NCBI GenBank assembly: GCA_033238685.1
Contig: BRZM01000010.1
Location: 3,760,405 to 3,824,404, forward strand
Direction: 5' to 3'
DNA: 64,000 nt
DNA from: Lates japonicus
Lineage: Eukaryota
Part shown: positions 26,282 to 39,477 of the stretch, piece by piece
Numbering within the stretch: the first letter of the stretch is position 1
Layout: the number at the start of each line of letters is the position of its first letter
Notes under the pieces: generated by a model
Seen by the model: only the letters and a program-made list of their open reading frames with translations
What the model was told of the DNA's origin: nothing
Databases searched by the model: none
Translations under genes and position numbers: made by a program

Positions 26282-29200
26282 CTGCAAATAAATAATCATC
26301 AGACTGAATGTGAGGAACTGTGGCAAAACAAAGACACCAAATATATGATTTAGAAAATGAAGAAAATGAACACTGCAAGTTCAAACCACAGACACTTGAG
26401 AGCGTCATCAGTGTGAAGTTGCATTGCAGCTGTGGGAAAAAAGTTGGTCTAATTTGCTTTTAAAATGCTGATAATCAGCTGCTGCTAATAGAGTTTAAAG
26501 TGTGTTCATTTCCCTAATATTCACCTTTGCTTCCACATGGCAACAATTTATTTTCTGGCTGCTCTCTGTTTACTTTTTCCTCCTTGTTCAAACAAACTTT
26601 TTATATCACATGTTATGGGTTTCAGGGGTCATGTGACCTCCCATTAATCTTAATTCAGAACCACATGATGTCAGTTTGCTCTGAAAATCTCCTGTTCTTT
26701 CACATCTGGCACGAGAAAGACTCATTTGATGTCAATCAAAATATTGTAAACAGTTTGTGGTATAAGTAAAGATTCATTTTTTTTTATCATCAACATGCCT
26801 GCATCATTCATTACACATCAATTTTCCTTGATTTACTGCACTATAATTGTTGCCATATGGAAAATGCATGCAACTGGGACCTTTTCTCAGGAAGTGTACA
26901 GCTTTAAAACAAGTTAGTTTGACCTTTTTGGGAAATGGTTAGATGAGATGATCAATACCACTCAATGTCTGTACTGTAAATATGAAGCTGGAGCCAGGAG
27001 ATGGTTAGCTTAGCTTAGCACAAAGGCTGGAAACAGGGGGATACAGTTAGCCTGGCTCTATCTACTGGTAATAGTCTGTCTACCAGCTCCTCAAAAAAAT
27101 TATAAAACACACACTGTGGTTTTGGGGCAGAGGCATAACTACCATATATGCAGGTAAAGCAGCTGTACTGGGGCATGCACAGAACACGACATCTTCTTTA
27201 TCAATTCATATCTTGCCAATATCGTATCAAGGTAGCACAAGCATCTCTAGCACTGAGTCCACACTAGTCATGGGGCAACTGCATGTGCATGGTAAACACA
27301 AAGTATTTATAGAACTCTGTGAGTCTAAGGTTTAGTCTAAGGTTTACTGACACACACCTCTATGCTACATTTCTAAATTAAGTGTAAATAAGGATTAATG
27401 GGTGATATATTTGTGATGGGCAGGGCTCGCTTTGAACATCTCGTACTGAGGCCCAGTGCTGACTCATTATGCCACTGGGTGGTTATGTGCCACATTTTGA
27501 ATTATAAGAATATTAAGTCTATTTATATTGTTATTCTTTGGTCTTAATCTTTTTATTGTCATTCATGTTCATCTAAAAAGTATAAATATGTTTTTTTTCT
27601 GGCAAGACAGAATATTTTATTGAAAAAATGCTAACTTCCTAAAATCTGTTCACAAATATCAGAAGTTTATCATAGGAATACAATTACAGATATCTGCAGG
27701 ACTAAGGTGACAATGCAGCTTCATATGACTTATCCTGATATATAATAAACTCAATACGTAAAGTAGATTTTGGCTTTATTCTCCACAATCTCCCAGTCAT
27801 ATGGCAACAATTTACTTCATGCTCCCCACTCTACTTTGAGTGTGAAGAACAATTTTAATCCATGTATTCCATTTATTCGAATCACAAATTATGCAGGAAG
27901 GGGTGAGGTGGGAATTTTAACCAAACCATGAAGATTACATTTGTCTCACTGATCCGAATCTTACACCGCTCAGAATCACAAACCCAACTCTGCTGCTAAT
28001 CTTAACAGTTATGAAGACAATTTGGGGCTTTTCAACACTTCCTTCTTAAACATTTCAGAAAACATTCTCAGTAAAACTTCTCGGACTCTGCCAAACAACC
28101 AATCCACATGAGGACACGACCCCTCAAACCCACAATCCTCACCACAACATTTCCCCAGTGTGGTGCGGTCGGCCTCCACACACAGCCAAACAGTAGTTAC
28201 TCTGTAATGAGCGAGGCTCCAACTGATCACTGTTGCAATGTAGTGGCGGTGGGCCATACAGGCAATTTTTTGGGCAACATGGACACACAACAGCAACTGC
28301 CAACAAATTAAGACTTGGGGTGAAAAAATCTCTTCAAATGTTTCCTGGCAACAAAAATATTTCCAAGTGATTAAAGCTGCAGTGCTGAGGCAACTCTTCT
28401 GCTGGTGGATTTTTTCACATGAAACAAAGATTTAGATGTTTGTGTACCGACCAGCAGAGGAGTTTATGAGCCAAGAAAACTCAACGGCACTTATATTGAA
28501 CACACAATAAAGCTTAATTCAGTCTAACAGATCGACTATACAGTAATATATTTTACTGTGTCCTGACTTGGAACCCTGTAAAACAGTGATGTTTCAATCA
28601 AAGTTCTAGGCTCCATAAAGAGGTGGGAAGAATTTGAGGACAGAGAAGGGCAGAATTCGATCATTCAATTCTACCAGTCCCTCATACGGGCACTTCTGGG
28701 ACTTTAAAAGAAATTAAAGGATACTTGCAGTCATTTTAAACCTGGGCCTTTATTTTCTCCTACGATTTTGATGTAAATGATTGCTAGAGCCAAAATCTTT
28801 GTAATCGCGACAATAACACAAACAAACCAATAGTGGTATTCCAGCAGCCCTGTGTTCTGCTTGCAGTAAAATTGTTGTTTTTGTCAATGGAGTCTGGTAG
28901 TGATATAACCACGCTTGGTCAAACAAAAATATCTTGCTGTTTAATAAAAAGGCCTTATCTATAGGAATCCTCTCTCCACATAATGTTGTCAGACACTTAC
29001 AATAACAATCTGAGCCTGTGGCAGAAACAAGTGACCTTTAGTGGACGATTTTGACACAGACTACGTCTACCTCTCTGGATTATATTCCAGCAGCTATTCA
29101 CTGTTCTGCACAATACTGCACCGATTCCAAAAATGCCCCTACCAATCATTTAATACCTAAAAAACGTGAAATGGGGTTCAAAAATATGGAGGAATTCCTC

Positions 29201-30689
29201 AGACATCATCAAAAAGGAATGAGAGTTGAATTTGTTTTCTTCAGTTTGCCCGGGGTCATGAGGGATCTCAGTCCATTAGCGATTAATTCACCGGTTCAGA
29301 GTATGTCACAGTTCACGCATCATGTCAACACGGTGTTGTGGTCAGACCTAAAACAGCCAATAAACAAATTTTATTCTTTTGGGAAAGTTTCATCTGACAC
29401 ATGTTTAATATAATTTAATACTTCATCCTGTGTCTCGAGTTGAACCCCTCACAAGGATGAGCATAATTAGATCTTCCTGATTTGGAGATCAAGACCCCAC
29501 AAGGATCGCTAACATGAAAACTGAAGAGTTGTGAGATAATTAGCAGGTTAGAAACCAGCTGTCGTTGCTTGTTTTCTTGTGACCTTCGCTAATTTCAATT
29601 TCTTTGTCTTTTTTAAATTTTCCCTTTTTTTCTTGGAAATAATACCCACCTTAGAAACCAATTGAGTTTTAACCGCAACACATCTCGACTACATGAAATC
29701 CTTTATTTGGTCACTGTTGGTTTCAAAGTGTTTGCTACAAATTACATTCATTAAGACAAGGGCATCACAATAGCTGGGTTTCTTGTAGCCAACAAGTCAA
29801 TCTCTGGCCCGCCATAGCGTTACCTTTAAATTATTCCAGTGATGCAGCAAGACATACACATTCTTTTAAAAGTAACTCTATAAAATTTTGGTTAGAGCAG
29901 TAAAACAGCTGCAAATAGTTATTACAGGATCGGAGTTCACAAGCAGGATACACTCTGCAGTTGTACAGTCATGTACAGAAAACAAGCTTATCAACGCTGA
30001 GGCAACAAGCTCAAAATTCATCAAAGGGCTGATAAATAAAAAAAGAATTACTGAGCTAGCTTTCCTGTGTAGACGAAATGAAGTGAGATCGTGGTGAAAC
30101 AGGTGTGTCTAGGCATGAGATGGGGATGAAAGAGGCACCATTCTTCCTATTACAAGACAGCAGGTCGTCAAAATGATTCCTAATAGTATTTTAAATGAAA
30201 TAGTTGTACAAAGTTGTTTAAACACAGGGAAATGTAGCACTGGTATCCATCAGTGCTCTGTATTGGCAGATTGTGACAAGGTATCATGAAAGAAAATGTG
30301 GGATTCCTAACTTTGACCTCCTCAACACCTACCAGTAGAAAATTAAATCACTGTTTAGTTTAACTGGTTACAACTGGTAGACACATGTTAGGACCAGGGG
30401 TTGGTAAGTCATTACTTTGTTTTATGTGTCAAGGTACAAAACGGTATCCCACTGGTTTGCATGTTACATCAGATGGGGACATAAATCTGAATATCAGGAG
30501 TGACATCAAAGTGTCAGGAGCGACCAACTCCTGTGAAGGTTTACACTCTGAAAAGTACAAATTAATCACCTAGAGTGAAGAATTAATCTCTTGTTTCTCT
30601 TGTAGTTCACTTTCATGCCTTGGGTGTGGTAATATAACTGTATGCCAGTGTGGGCGGGAAACAAATGAGAGAGTGGATGTGAGGATATG

Positions 30690-30696
<7 letters not shown>

Positions 30697-30729
<33 letters not shown>
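30697..30729. repeat. (GT)16 microsatellite
   Basis: gtgtgtgtgtgtgtgtgtgtgtgtgtgtgtgtg. Confidence 0.9.
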
Positions 30730-30731
<2 letters not shown>

Positions 30732-30879
30732 AGTGAAAAATGGGGGAGATGGAGGTTGAGTGAAAGAGGGAGGGAGTGGTGTATGTGGTGCGCGTTCAGT
30801 ACACAGAGGTTGAGGTTCCTTCCCAGATGGGCTGTTAACTCCAATTAATGCTATTGTAGCTGATTAGAAACACATTGAG

Positions 30880-31160
30880 TCTGGGGCTGCACGCACACAT
30901 GCACAAACACACAAATGTACGCACGCAAATGCACTAATCCGGAATACAGAATATGCACACACACTCAGATGCATACCACACACAAAACAAACACACACTA
31001 AAAATATACTCGTGCTTCACATGCTTACAGAAACAGGCACGCACACATCACATGCGAGTTCAAACACACACAACACTTCACCACATACACACAGACGTGC
31101 AGAGATGCAGGTCCTCACTGGCAGCACATGCAATACACAAACACACACACATGGGTTACA
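30880..31160. repeat. CA/ACAC-rich low-complexity tract (degenerate (CA)n) bordering the nfatc4 CpG island
   Basis: gcacgcacacatgcacaaacacacaaatgtacgcacgcaaatgcac...cacacacaacacttcaccacatacacacag. Confidence 0.7.
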
Positions 31161-31166
31161 GAGGTT

Positions 31167-31520
31167 CTATGCATTTGAAGCCCGTCTGTCACACAGTCTA
31201 TATCTACCGTGCCTCTTCACCTGCCTTTCACATTCAACCATATCCGCAAATGACTCTAACCCAGGTTGCCGCCGCCGCCGCCGGAGTCCAGCAGCAGGCG
31301 CCTTCACTTTCTCCCTGGGACCGGCTTCGCCACTGGCGCAAAATGTGAGTGCCCCGCTCTGCCTTCGGCGGCGGGTCCTCTCAAACACCAACTTATGAAC
31401 TCGAACTCGCCCTCCTCCCAGCCTGGGAGGAGCCCGGCGTGCGGCCCCTCATCGCCTCCGGCAAGTATAGATACAGTGATACACCCATCTCCCTGCATCG
31501 GGCGGCGATGGCGACTTTTA
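31167..31520 (-). CDS. nfatc4: Candidate nfatc4 5' coding exon within a CpG island (encodes ...LLPGWEEGEFEF then, after a 2-nt frame break, KLVFERT...); boundaries unresolved
   Basis: This is the only CpG island upstream of nfatc4 exon 2. Minus-strand translation contains EEGEFEF followed, out of frame by 2 nt, by KLVFE, which matches the conserved NFAT N-terminal motif DEELEFKLVFGEE. The ATG and donor are not confidently assigned. Confidence 0.25.
31250..31520. promoter_or_regulatory. CpG island (gccgccgccgccgg..., very high CpG density), probable nfatc4 promoter/first exon
   Basis: Observed dense CpG and GC content, unlike the surrounding AT-rich DNA. It is flanked by a CA-rich tract (30880-31160). 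Confidence 0.55.
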
Positions 31521-32389
31521 ACTGTTCCTTGGTGCCTGAAAAAAACTTTCCTGGAGATATTCCCAAAATCAAATTTTCCCATGTGCGTACCATAATATGC
31601 AAATATCTCGTTTCTTGAGGGTTTCGTGTCACTTCAGCAACTTTCCACGCCGTTTCCACTGATGAGGGCTGTTTGCTCGGATCTTTAGCAACTTTTTTTC
31701 AGACTTGATGCCTTATGTCCAAATTAAATCTTCACTGGATATTCACAGTCTTTTCCGAAACATACTCCCGAGATAGTCGGTTTTCATTCTAGCTCCATCG
31801 CTATCCTGTGTTTCTCCCTCTTCTCCCTGTTCAAGACAGAGAGAAGGAAAAGTTTATCAAATATTTTTGTCCTTTTACCCTTAATTGCCTTTGCGGGTTT
31901 CCCAGCTCCAGTTGGTTACCCATTCCCCATAGGATCTTATGCCTGTCAGTCATGAACTTCTGCCCAACCTCCAGCCTCCCTCCTCCCTCCCCACTCACTG
32001 GAGGTTTCTTTAGTCAAACTCACTTAACATTACTTAATACCCAATACACTGCAGATTTGGCTTTTCTCTGCTGATTCCATCTCATTTTGCATCATCCCAA
32101 CATACTTCTGACATGCTTCTGACTGAATCAGGTTTATTCCACATCATCCTCTTTCAGCATCAGTAAGGCAGAGTGATACATTAAGCCCAAAACAATATTA
32201 TGATTATTATTCAACTGGCGAGCGGACTGATGGCAAGCCACTGTCTTGCAACCTGCCATTGTAGGCCGGCTGCACGCCACCAGGGTTGTGATGTTAACTG
32301 TCAGTTACTGTACATGCGGCCTATTTCCCGTGGCGAAGGAACACGACAGTCCCCCTCACTCCCTTCTCTTAGAAGCTGTCACCTCCTCC

Positions 32390-32700
32390 CTTTCTTCTTT
32401 CTTTTTTCCTTTTGCACTTCACTCCTTCCTCCTCTCTCTTCTCTCCCCACCAACCTCCTTGTCCCTCCTTCTCTCTTGAGAGTCTCCTCCCTCCTTCTTC
32501 CTCTCCACCACAGATCTGTTTCTCATTATCTCCAGAATTGCTCTCTGTCTGAGTCAGGAGACTTAAAAACTTAAATAAACACTCTCTCCCTCTCTCTCTC
32601 TCTGGCCCTCTCCGCCTCAGCCCAGCTCCTTATTCCTCCTCCTCTTCCCCCTCCTCCTCCTCCTCTCTGTCTCTCCCCCTCTGTCCTCCTTCCTCGCCCT
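32390..32700. repeat. Long polypyrimidine (CT-rich) low-complexity tract on the plus strand
   Basis: ttcttctttcttttttccttttgcacttcactccttcctcctctctcttctctcccc...ctctctctctctctggccctctccgcctc...cctcctcctcctcctctctgtctctccccctctgtcctccttcctcgccctcctc. Confidence 0.8.
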
Positions 32701-35700
32701 CCTCTGGTTCTCACAATCATCAGGCGCATGTTATACTGGAGAGTAACTGGGGGCTTGTTTCACTCTCCCTGTCATCCTCTTGGGGTTGTGTGGGCAGGCC
32801 TTGGATCCTGGACTGCTCTCAAGATGTTACAGTCTGGTTGGGGAGAGGAATAAGCACTACCAGCAGGGCAGACTCAGGACTTTTTGAGGCCGTATTCAAG
32901 ACTTGACAAACCCTTCAACACCATCATCATGTAATTATTAAATACCAGTGGTTTAAAAAAAAGAACTGAGTTTGATTGGAGGCCCTGTGATAGCTGAAGG
33001 TTCCTATACGCAGCCATTTAGTTTGCCATTGGCTGTGACTATTAGCCTAGAAGCTTACAGCCAAGACTACGTATGTCCAAACTGAAAGTATCAGTGTGCT
33101 TCAAACAAATCATCAAACTTCTCCAACACCTTTCTAATGACAGAACTACTGCATCTGACAATATATAGCAACTCACTGAAACCAACAACCTGACACTGGG
33201 TGTACAGAGGTGGGAAAATGTGCAGGGTTTGAACTTCACAAAACTTGCATTTGGTTGCATTTGAAAGGATGCATGTGGTGTGACATCAGGAAGGCTGGTC
33301 TGAGCAGTAGTTACGTATTTTTAAGGCTTCTCAGACACTATAGCGTTTGCCATGAGACAGAATTTTACAACTCTGGAAAGTTATCATGAAATTTTTCCTC
33401 CATCTTCACAATTGCAAGGAAAAGTGTACAGCTGTACAGCTGGCATGCATCATACAGCAATATGCTCTTGCATGTTGCTGGATTACATCACACTGTGTTG
33501 TGGCCCGCGTTGAACCAGGTTCAAGTCTTTGTGCCTCAGCTCTCTCTAACCTGGGGATGAATCTACAGTCTCACTGAAATGAAATAAGGAGGTTGTGTTT
33601 TTTGATTTAGAGCTAATGTTGATCTGAAAACCTCCCATAAGCAATCTAGATGAGAAAAACACAACTAATGCGTGAAAATAACTTTTCAGTCTCCAATTAG
33701 TAATTTTGAAGAGAAAAAATCAGTGAAAGCCAAATAGAAAAAAAGGAAATGATGTAATCTTTTCCTTATTTAATTGTTAGCAAACAAAAATGTATATTGC
33801 AACCTGGTGACTTTCTGAGTATAGACAGTTAGAGGTGACAGAAGGTTGGATTGCCAGTATCACAGCCCTTAGCTTTGTATGAGCAGACATACACCATTGT
33901 TCTGGAAAAGTCCAGTTTCCTCGTCTACACTTTAACATGGAGTTTGGAGTTTAGGTGTAAATAATGTTGGCTTAGTTGGGATTGAAGGCCAAAATAAAGA
34001 GAAAGAGATGCAGATGCGTTTGACTTGAAGTCGCCATCAACTGTACAGTAATCCTACTGTAACTTGGTCTGCCAAAGTGCAAAATGAATTGTTAGAGTTT
34101 TGTAAGTGCCAGTGAATCTTTATGTAAAAAGTTGAAGTTGAACTTAAATCTGAGAAACAAAGTACATGCTTGTACTGTATGCACGTTTTCAGCAGTTCAG
34201 ATACAGAGCAATTCTAGAAATGGAAAGTTTTTGGGGGGGTTGTGAAACTGTAGCGCTGAATGGCTAGTAAATTGTTTAAAGGACTGCTGCAATGTGATGG
34301 ATGAGTGCAACACACAGGAGGAACTGCTGAGTGTCAAGTTTATGGGAGCAGGAGAAGAGGAAGATATTCTTGTGGTAGTGTTGCCCTCGTGTGGTGAAAG
34401 ATAGAATAGCTGTAACTTTCCACAAATGTCATTTCTACTTTTATAGCCTGAGGACACAGATTACTGTTATCAGTGGAAAACTTTTTGTGACTTTATTCCT
34501 GACAGATTTACGTTCTAAAACAGAGGGAGAGACACCTAAATGATTTATTATATAGCCCATGGGTTCAACTAAAGTACATATTGTGATGTTATGATGAATA
34601 TATACTTGAATTACTCTATCTTCATATAATTACAATATATTCAGATATTGTATATTCAGGCAAGCTGGTACAGGAAAGTATTGATTTGAGCATTTTTTGC
34701 TCAATAATTGTTTAATTTCTATTATAACACGCACATTAAAAAACATATATTCACTATAAAAGGTTCTTGACTTCTTGACTTGATTTGAAAATGAATGCAA
34801 CTTGTGGTACTGTTTTCAAAATACTAAAATAAATGAGATGAATATATGACCTATAGAATTCACACTATCCAGAGATATTTCAAAACATAAAATGTTTAAA
34901 GTGTTACTTCCTAATTCTATATATACATATTTACCTGCTTATATTATAGAATGTGAGTCCAAGCCATTTTCTCTGATATCAAGTATTTGCAACTAACTGA
35001 CACAAATAGTCTATCAGGAACTACAGCTAAAACCGATGGGAATGTCATTAGTTTTGCAGATATTTAGTCATAAAACAAAGAACCGGACAATTATAATATT
35101 ATATATATTTGACCTAATGATTGCAGTAGGTGAAAAGTTAGAGGATCTACAAAGTTTTTACAGTTTATCCTCAGGGGAACATGAATGTCAGCACCAAATG
35201 TCATGGCAATCCATCCAGTACATCACACTGTGAACCTCCTAGTGGTGCTGAAGAAAAAGTCAGAGGATCATAAAAGTGACTAGGGTTCATCCCCTGGGCA
35301 CAACGAATGCGTGCACCAAATTTCATGACAACCTTTACAATACTTGTCTAGATATTTCAGGAAAAGCAGACCAACAACATGGTCATCCCACAAATCCCAC
35401 AAGTCTTATCAGAGCACTAAAATATACAGAGACGGTATCTATAGAACCTTAAAGACAAATGGGTGACAGCTGTTAGACACAGGGACATTTACCTGACCGG
35501 TTTCAGGTCAAAGTTGAACAGTTTGTAACATACATTATACAGTATATGATGAGTAAACAGACGCCACCCTGGACTAAGGAAAGGGAGCCACATCCTTCCC
35601 TTTCTCTAAGAAACAATGTGGCAATGAGTGAGATATGTGTGTACAAAGAAAAGTCTTACAGAAGATAAATAAAACATTACAATGAAAGATATTCTTGAAA

Positions 35701-36905
35701 GCAAAGTTTTTAGATTTGTTCTGAGTCAGTTTCCTTGGTCATTTTCAGATCACCTTTCAGTCTTAAAATTCTTTCAGTATCAGGAGTGTTGAAACTAGAA
35801 ATTAAACCTTAATATTAACTCAAACTTTGGTAATGTGTGTGAGAAACATCAGGCTAATTACACTTAGGTGTGTTCTTGAATATTTCCTCTGACCATGTAG
35901 ATAGGTTCTACAAAGGAAGTTCTCTTTTTTTCCCCCCAAACCTTAGTTATTTTAAGATGACCTTTTCTTTACCAATTTAACACTGAAGTCCTGTAACACC
36001 ATTGGACCGTTTAAAAAACAAGTATTAACTTGATACAGCAGAACCAAAAATCTGGCACCTGCACCACCCACAGTGCATCTATTTGGGTGTGTTATTCTGG
36101 TAGAAGATGAACAACCTCAACCTGCTAGCCCCAGGCAGAGATGAGGAGCAGGCTACAGAGGTCTGGTAACATTTCTGTCTTCACACCCTCAGTTTTTTCC
36201 TTTTTTAGACTTGTAGTCTTCAGATTCAGCCAGCACTGACTCAAGTGGTATCACTTTATCAGGTTTAGCACATTTAGATCCAGAGCGACATCAAGTTTTT
36301 TCTCACTTACTTGGTAGCACTCTTTCACACCACTTTAAAACTGTGGTTATGTGGTGTTTCCCCTCTAAACCTGTACTCTGATGAGATTAAATAGATATAG
36401 TATATGTATAGTATCTCGAAGTGATTAAAGTGTTAGGTGTTTGTTCAGGCCGTTGTGAACACATGCACATTTAGTTGCTTCTCCATTTAAGTGGCACAGA
36501 TCACAGATAACTCTCAGATAAAGCCATCTGTTTAGAGTGTAGGTGTGAAACTGTATTAACACATGACATCATTGAATAAGCACACACATGTTTATCTGTA
36601 TGCTGGTGTTAAGAGGCCTGAATATTCTTGTACGTTATCTTTATCTGCACATTTTTCTATTCACCTCTTCGCTGTGTATTTATTATTACTAGTATTAATG
36701 GTATATATATTACCTTTTTACTTCCTTTGTCCTAGTAACTATTTCCATTTAGGGATCATGAAAGTTTTTCTGATTCTGATTCAAGCTTTTCTCAGAAGGA
36801 AGGTGTAACAAACTTCAGCTTCAGGCTTCTCCTCATTTCTGCAGAAACCATAATTCCTGTTAGTGTCAGAGACTTGTATGAACTAGTGAGTGTGAGTTTT
36901 TATGA

Positions 36906-36922
36906 GTGTGTGTGTGTGTGTG
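36906..36922. repeat. (TG)n microsatellite
   Basis: gtgtgtgtgtgtgtgtg. Confidence 0.85.
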
Positions 36923-39477
36923 TGCTCTCTGTAAGTGTAGGTGCCCCCACTATGCCCACAAGACAGCGAGGGAGCTTGCGCAAACATTTGATTCACCTGT
37001 CTGTTCAGTCACATTACGTAACAATTACTGAATCACACAGAGAGAAAAGTGCCTCCGGGCACATTTATGTTGATACGTGACATGTTTTCAAGAAGAATGC
37101 ACATTTGTTTACAAAAAAGAACATTATGTAAAGAGTGTTATAGCACAGATATTTGAGATACATTCCACAGATGTTCATATATCTGGGGAAGAAAATAGTA
37201 GAATCTTTAAGACAGTGAGAATTTTAAGGAAGTACACACCTCTGTGCCTCCTTCTCTTAAACCACAACATGTTGCAGCATGTGAGGCAGGACATGATTCA
37301 GTTTATCATGGACTGAGGTAACAGAGACGACTCAAAAGAGAGAGAGACGCTGTAAGAGCCGGACAGAGCAGACAGCAGCAGTGGGATATTAGAATCTGAG
37401 ACACATCACAGAGAGAGACATCACAAAGGAAAAGGTCAGTCATTCTTGAATGTTGACAGGAAAACTCTCAACTTTTTGTTTTTCCAACCTCTCATTAACA
37501 TGTCTCTCTGCTGGATTTTACTAACATCTGCCTCTTTCCTGTTCTCTTTTTCCATCTTAAAATAATAATTTACTTCTCTTGACTTCATTATTTACACCAG
37601 CAAGTTTTTTTTTCTTTTTATGATTCATTATTTTAACACTTGTGGACTACAAGCTAATCGATTTTTATTACTTTACTGGCAAACACAGTTTCTGGCAGGA
37701 ACATGTGATTTACAGAGTTGTGGTGATTTTCAGACTTTTCCAAAAGTGCCTTAGGTTTTGTTTTGTTGATTTTGTACTTGAATAATTGTCAAAAAAAACT
37801 TTGCTGTACATCACAGTAAAAGTGTCTTTACTTCATTCCCATTTACCAGTTTCTCATGGAAATGTTTGTGTATTTTGTGTATATTTTCTGATCTGACAAT
37901 TCGTTCGCAGTCGTCTTGGAAAAGTCTAATGACACCTGATTTTATTGAAAAGAGTTTTCTTGTAAAAAGTTGTAATGTCAGAGCTCTCACCCAACACCCA
38001 ACAATCAGTGTGTTGCTTAGACTGAGCTTTCTGTTGCATTTCTTACTCGTGATGTAAGTCTGGCATTAATTCACTCTGTTTACTCATTCACTCTCATATA
38101 AAGCTCTTAGGGGAAAATAAACAGTTGACTTTGGTGGGACCAGAGCAGTGAAATTAGGACTTAATCACGAAATAAGGACTTAATTTTCTTGTTCTCACGT
38201 GGCTTAAATGCTGTTTTGCACAGATTATATTGTGATATGATCAGTTTCTGAACCAATGATCTTCTCTCTGTGTCACTCAAGTTTGATGTTTCTACTATGA
38301 TCGGCATATACAAGTCAGAGATAGATACAGGGATGTGTTATTCCTTAAAGGTCAACCTTCTGTGGCCTCTGCACTCTGTGGGACCAGTTTCCATGTGAAA
38401 GGACAGTGAGAAAGAATCTACAGAAGAGAGACAAATGAGGGCAGAAAAAAGAGAGTGATTCAAAGACCGTGTTGAAATACTGCTCTTGTTTGATGCAGTA
38501 CTGCTAATGTTTGGCGTGTTTTAGCATGCTGCCTCTACGTTTGAAACACAATGTTGGCTACAAGGTCTAATGTGAATATTTTAGAGGCTGCGTCAGGGTG
38601 GTTGCCATCCTCTAGGTTTGCTTGTGTGCTGCTTGTGAACAAATATTTTCTTTATCTTCAATTACTTGCGCACTTATTTTCCACAGAATATATCCATCTT
38701 TGACAAGCAGGTGTGCTCAGAAATCAACAGTCAAGCCCCCAACTTGTCAATAAGTAAAATATTAGGTGAAAGAACCAAATCATTGGTACAATATTGTGAT
38801 TGTGTATTTTCTATCACTATTTCCCTCTTTTTCTGCGATGTTTCATCACTGACAGTTAGAATTGATTTCCTTGTTCCTGTTCCATGTTCCTGTTAACTTT
38901 AAAGAAGAGAGACATAATGGCAATCCACATCACGCACACATATAGACATTTTAATCAAGGGTTGTCCAACACGTAACTGAACATTTTTGAGGAACAAAAG
39001 AGATGAGAGGACAGTTTATCAGTCTCAAACTAGCCTTTTTTTAAACCATCAGGACAGAAAACTTCAAAAGTTAGAACATCTGCTTCCTTAGTTTTAATGA
39101 TAAGGGTGGGGACTGTGGTACAGTGGAAAAAGCAAGCCTGCATCTGCCATCATACACCAGTGATGGTGAGGTGAGATATGTGACAAGTTATGCAGAAAAG
39201 GAAGGAGATATACTGTCATGCTATGAGCAGAGATTTCTATCTATCAGTCTACTTATCTCTTCCATACGGCAGTGGTATACAGCTTGCTAACAGTGACATA
39301 AAACTGGTTTCATATAGAGGCCCATTTCTTCCACTTGAGAAAAAAAGTTTGTGTTTTTTAGTTTCAGAATGACAAAATAGGAGTTAGAAAGAAATATCAC
39401 CACAACAATGATATTACTGTCTGAATAGAAGAACAGAAATAAACCTTTTAGTTCTAACTTTGTCTCTTGCCCTCAGG

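Noticed and set aside
29051-29413. 120-aa plus-strand ORF (MTQTTSTSLDYIPAAIHCSAQYC...)
   Set aside because: There is no start context, no splice signals and no recognisable domain. It lies in nfatc4 intron sequence next to repeat-like DNA, so it is most likely a chance ORF or degraded transposon ORF.
31012-31659. Cluster of plus- and minus-strand ORFs (31012..31398 +, 31266..31595 +, 31349..31618 +, 31393..31659 -) in the CpG island
   Set aside because: High GC and CpG content keeps all frames open. None has recognisable homology except the minus-strand EFEF/KLVFE fragment, which is discussed as the putative nfatc4 exon 1.
31600-39400. Expected adcy4 / ripk3 (human neighbours between LTB4R and NFATC4) and any other coding gene in the 8-kb nfatc4-ltb4r spacer
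   Set aside because: There are no ORFs with kinase or adenylate-cyclase motifs and no consistent splice-bounded ORF chain. The region is AT-rich with simple repeats and transposon debris. A segment at 37320-37437 ending in AAAAG|GTCAGT might be a non-coding ltb4r 5' exon, but that is unverifiable.
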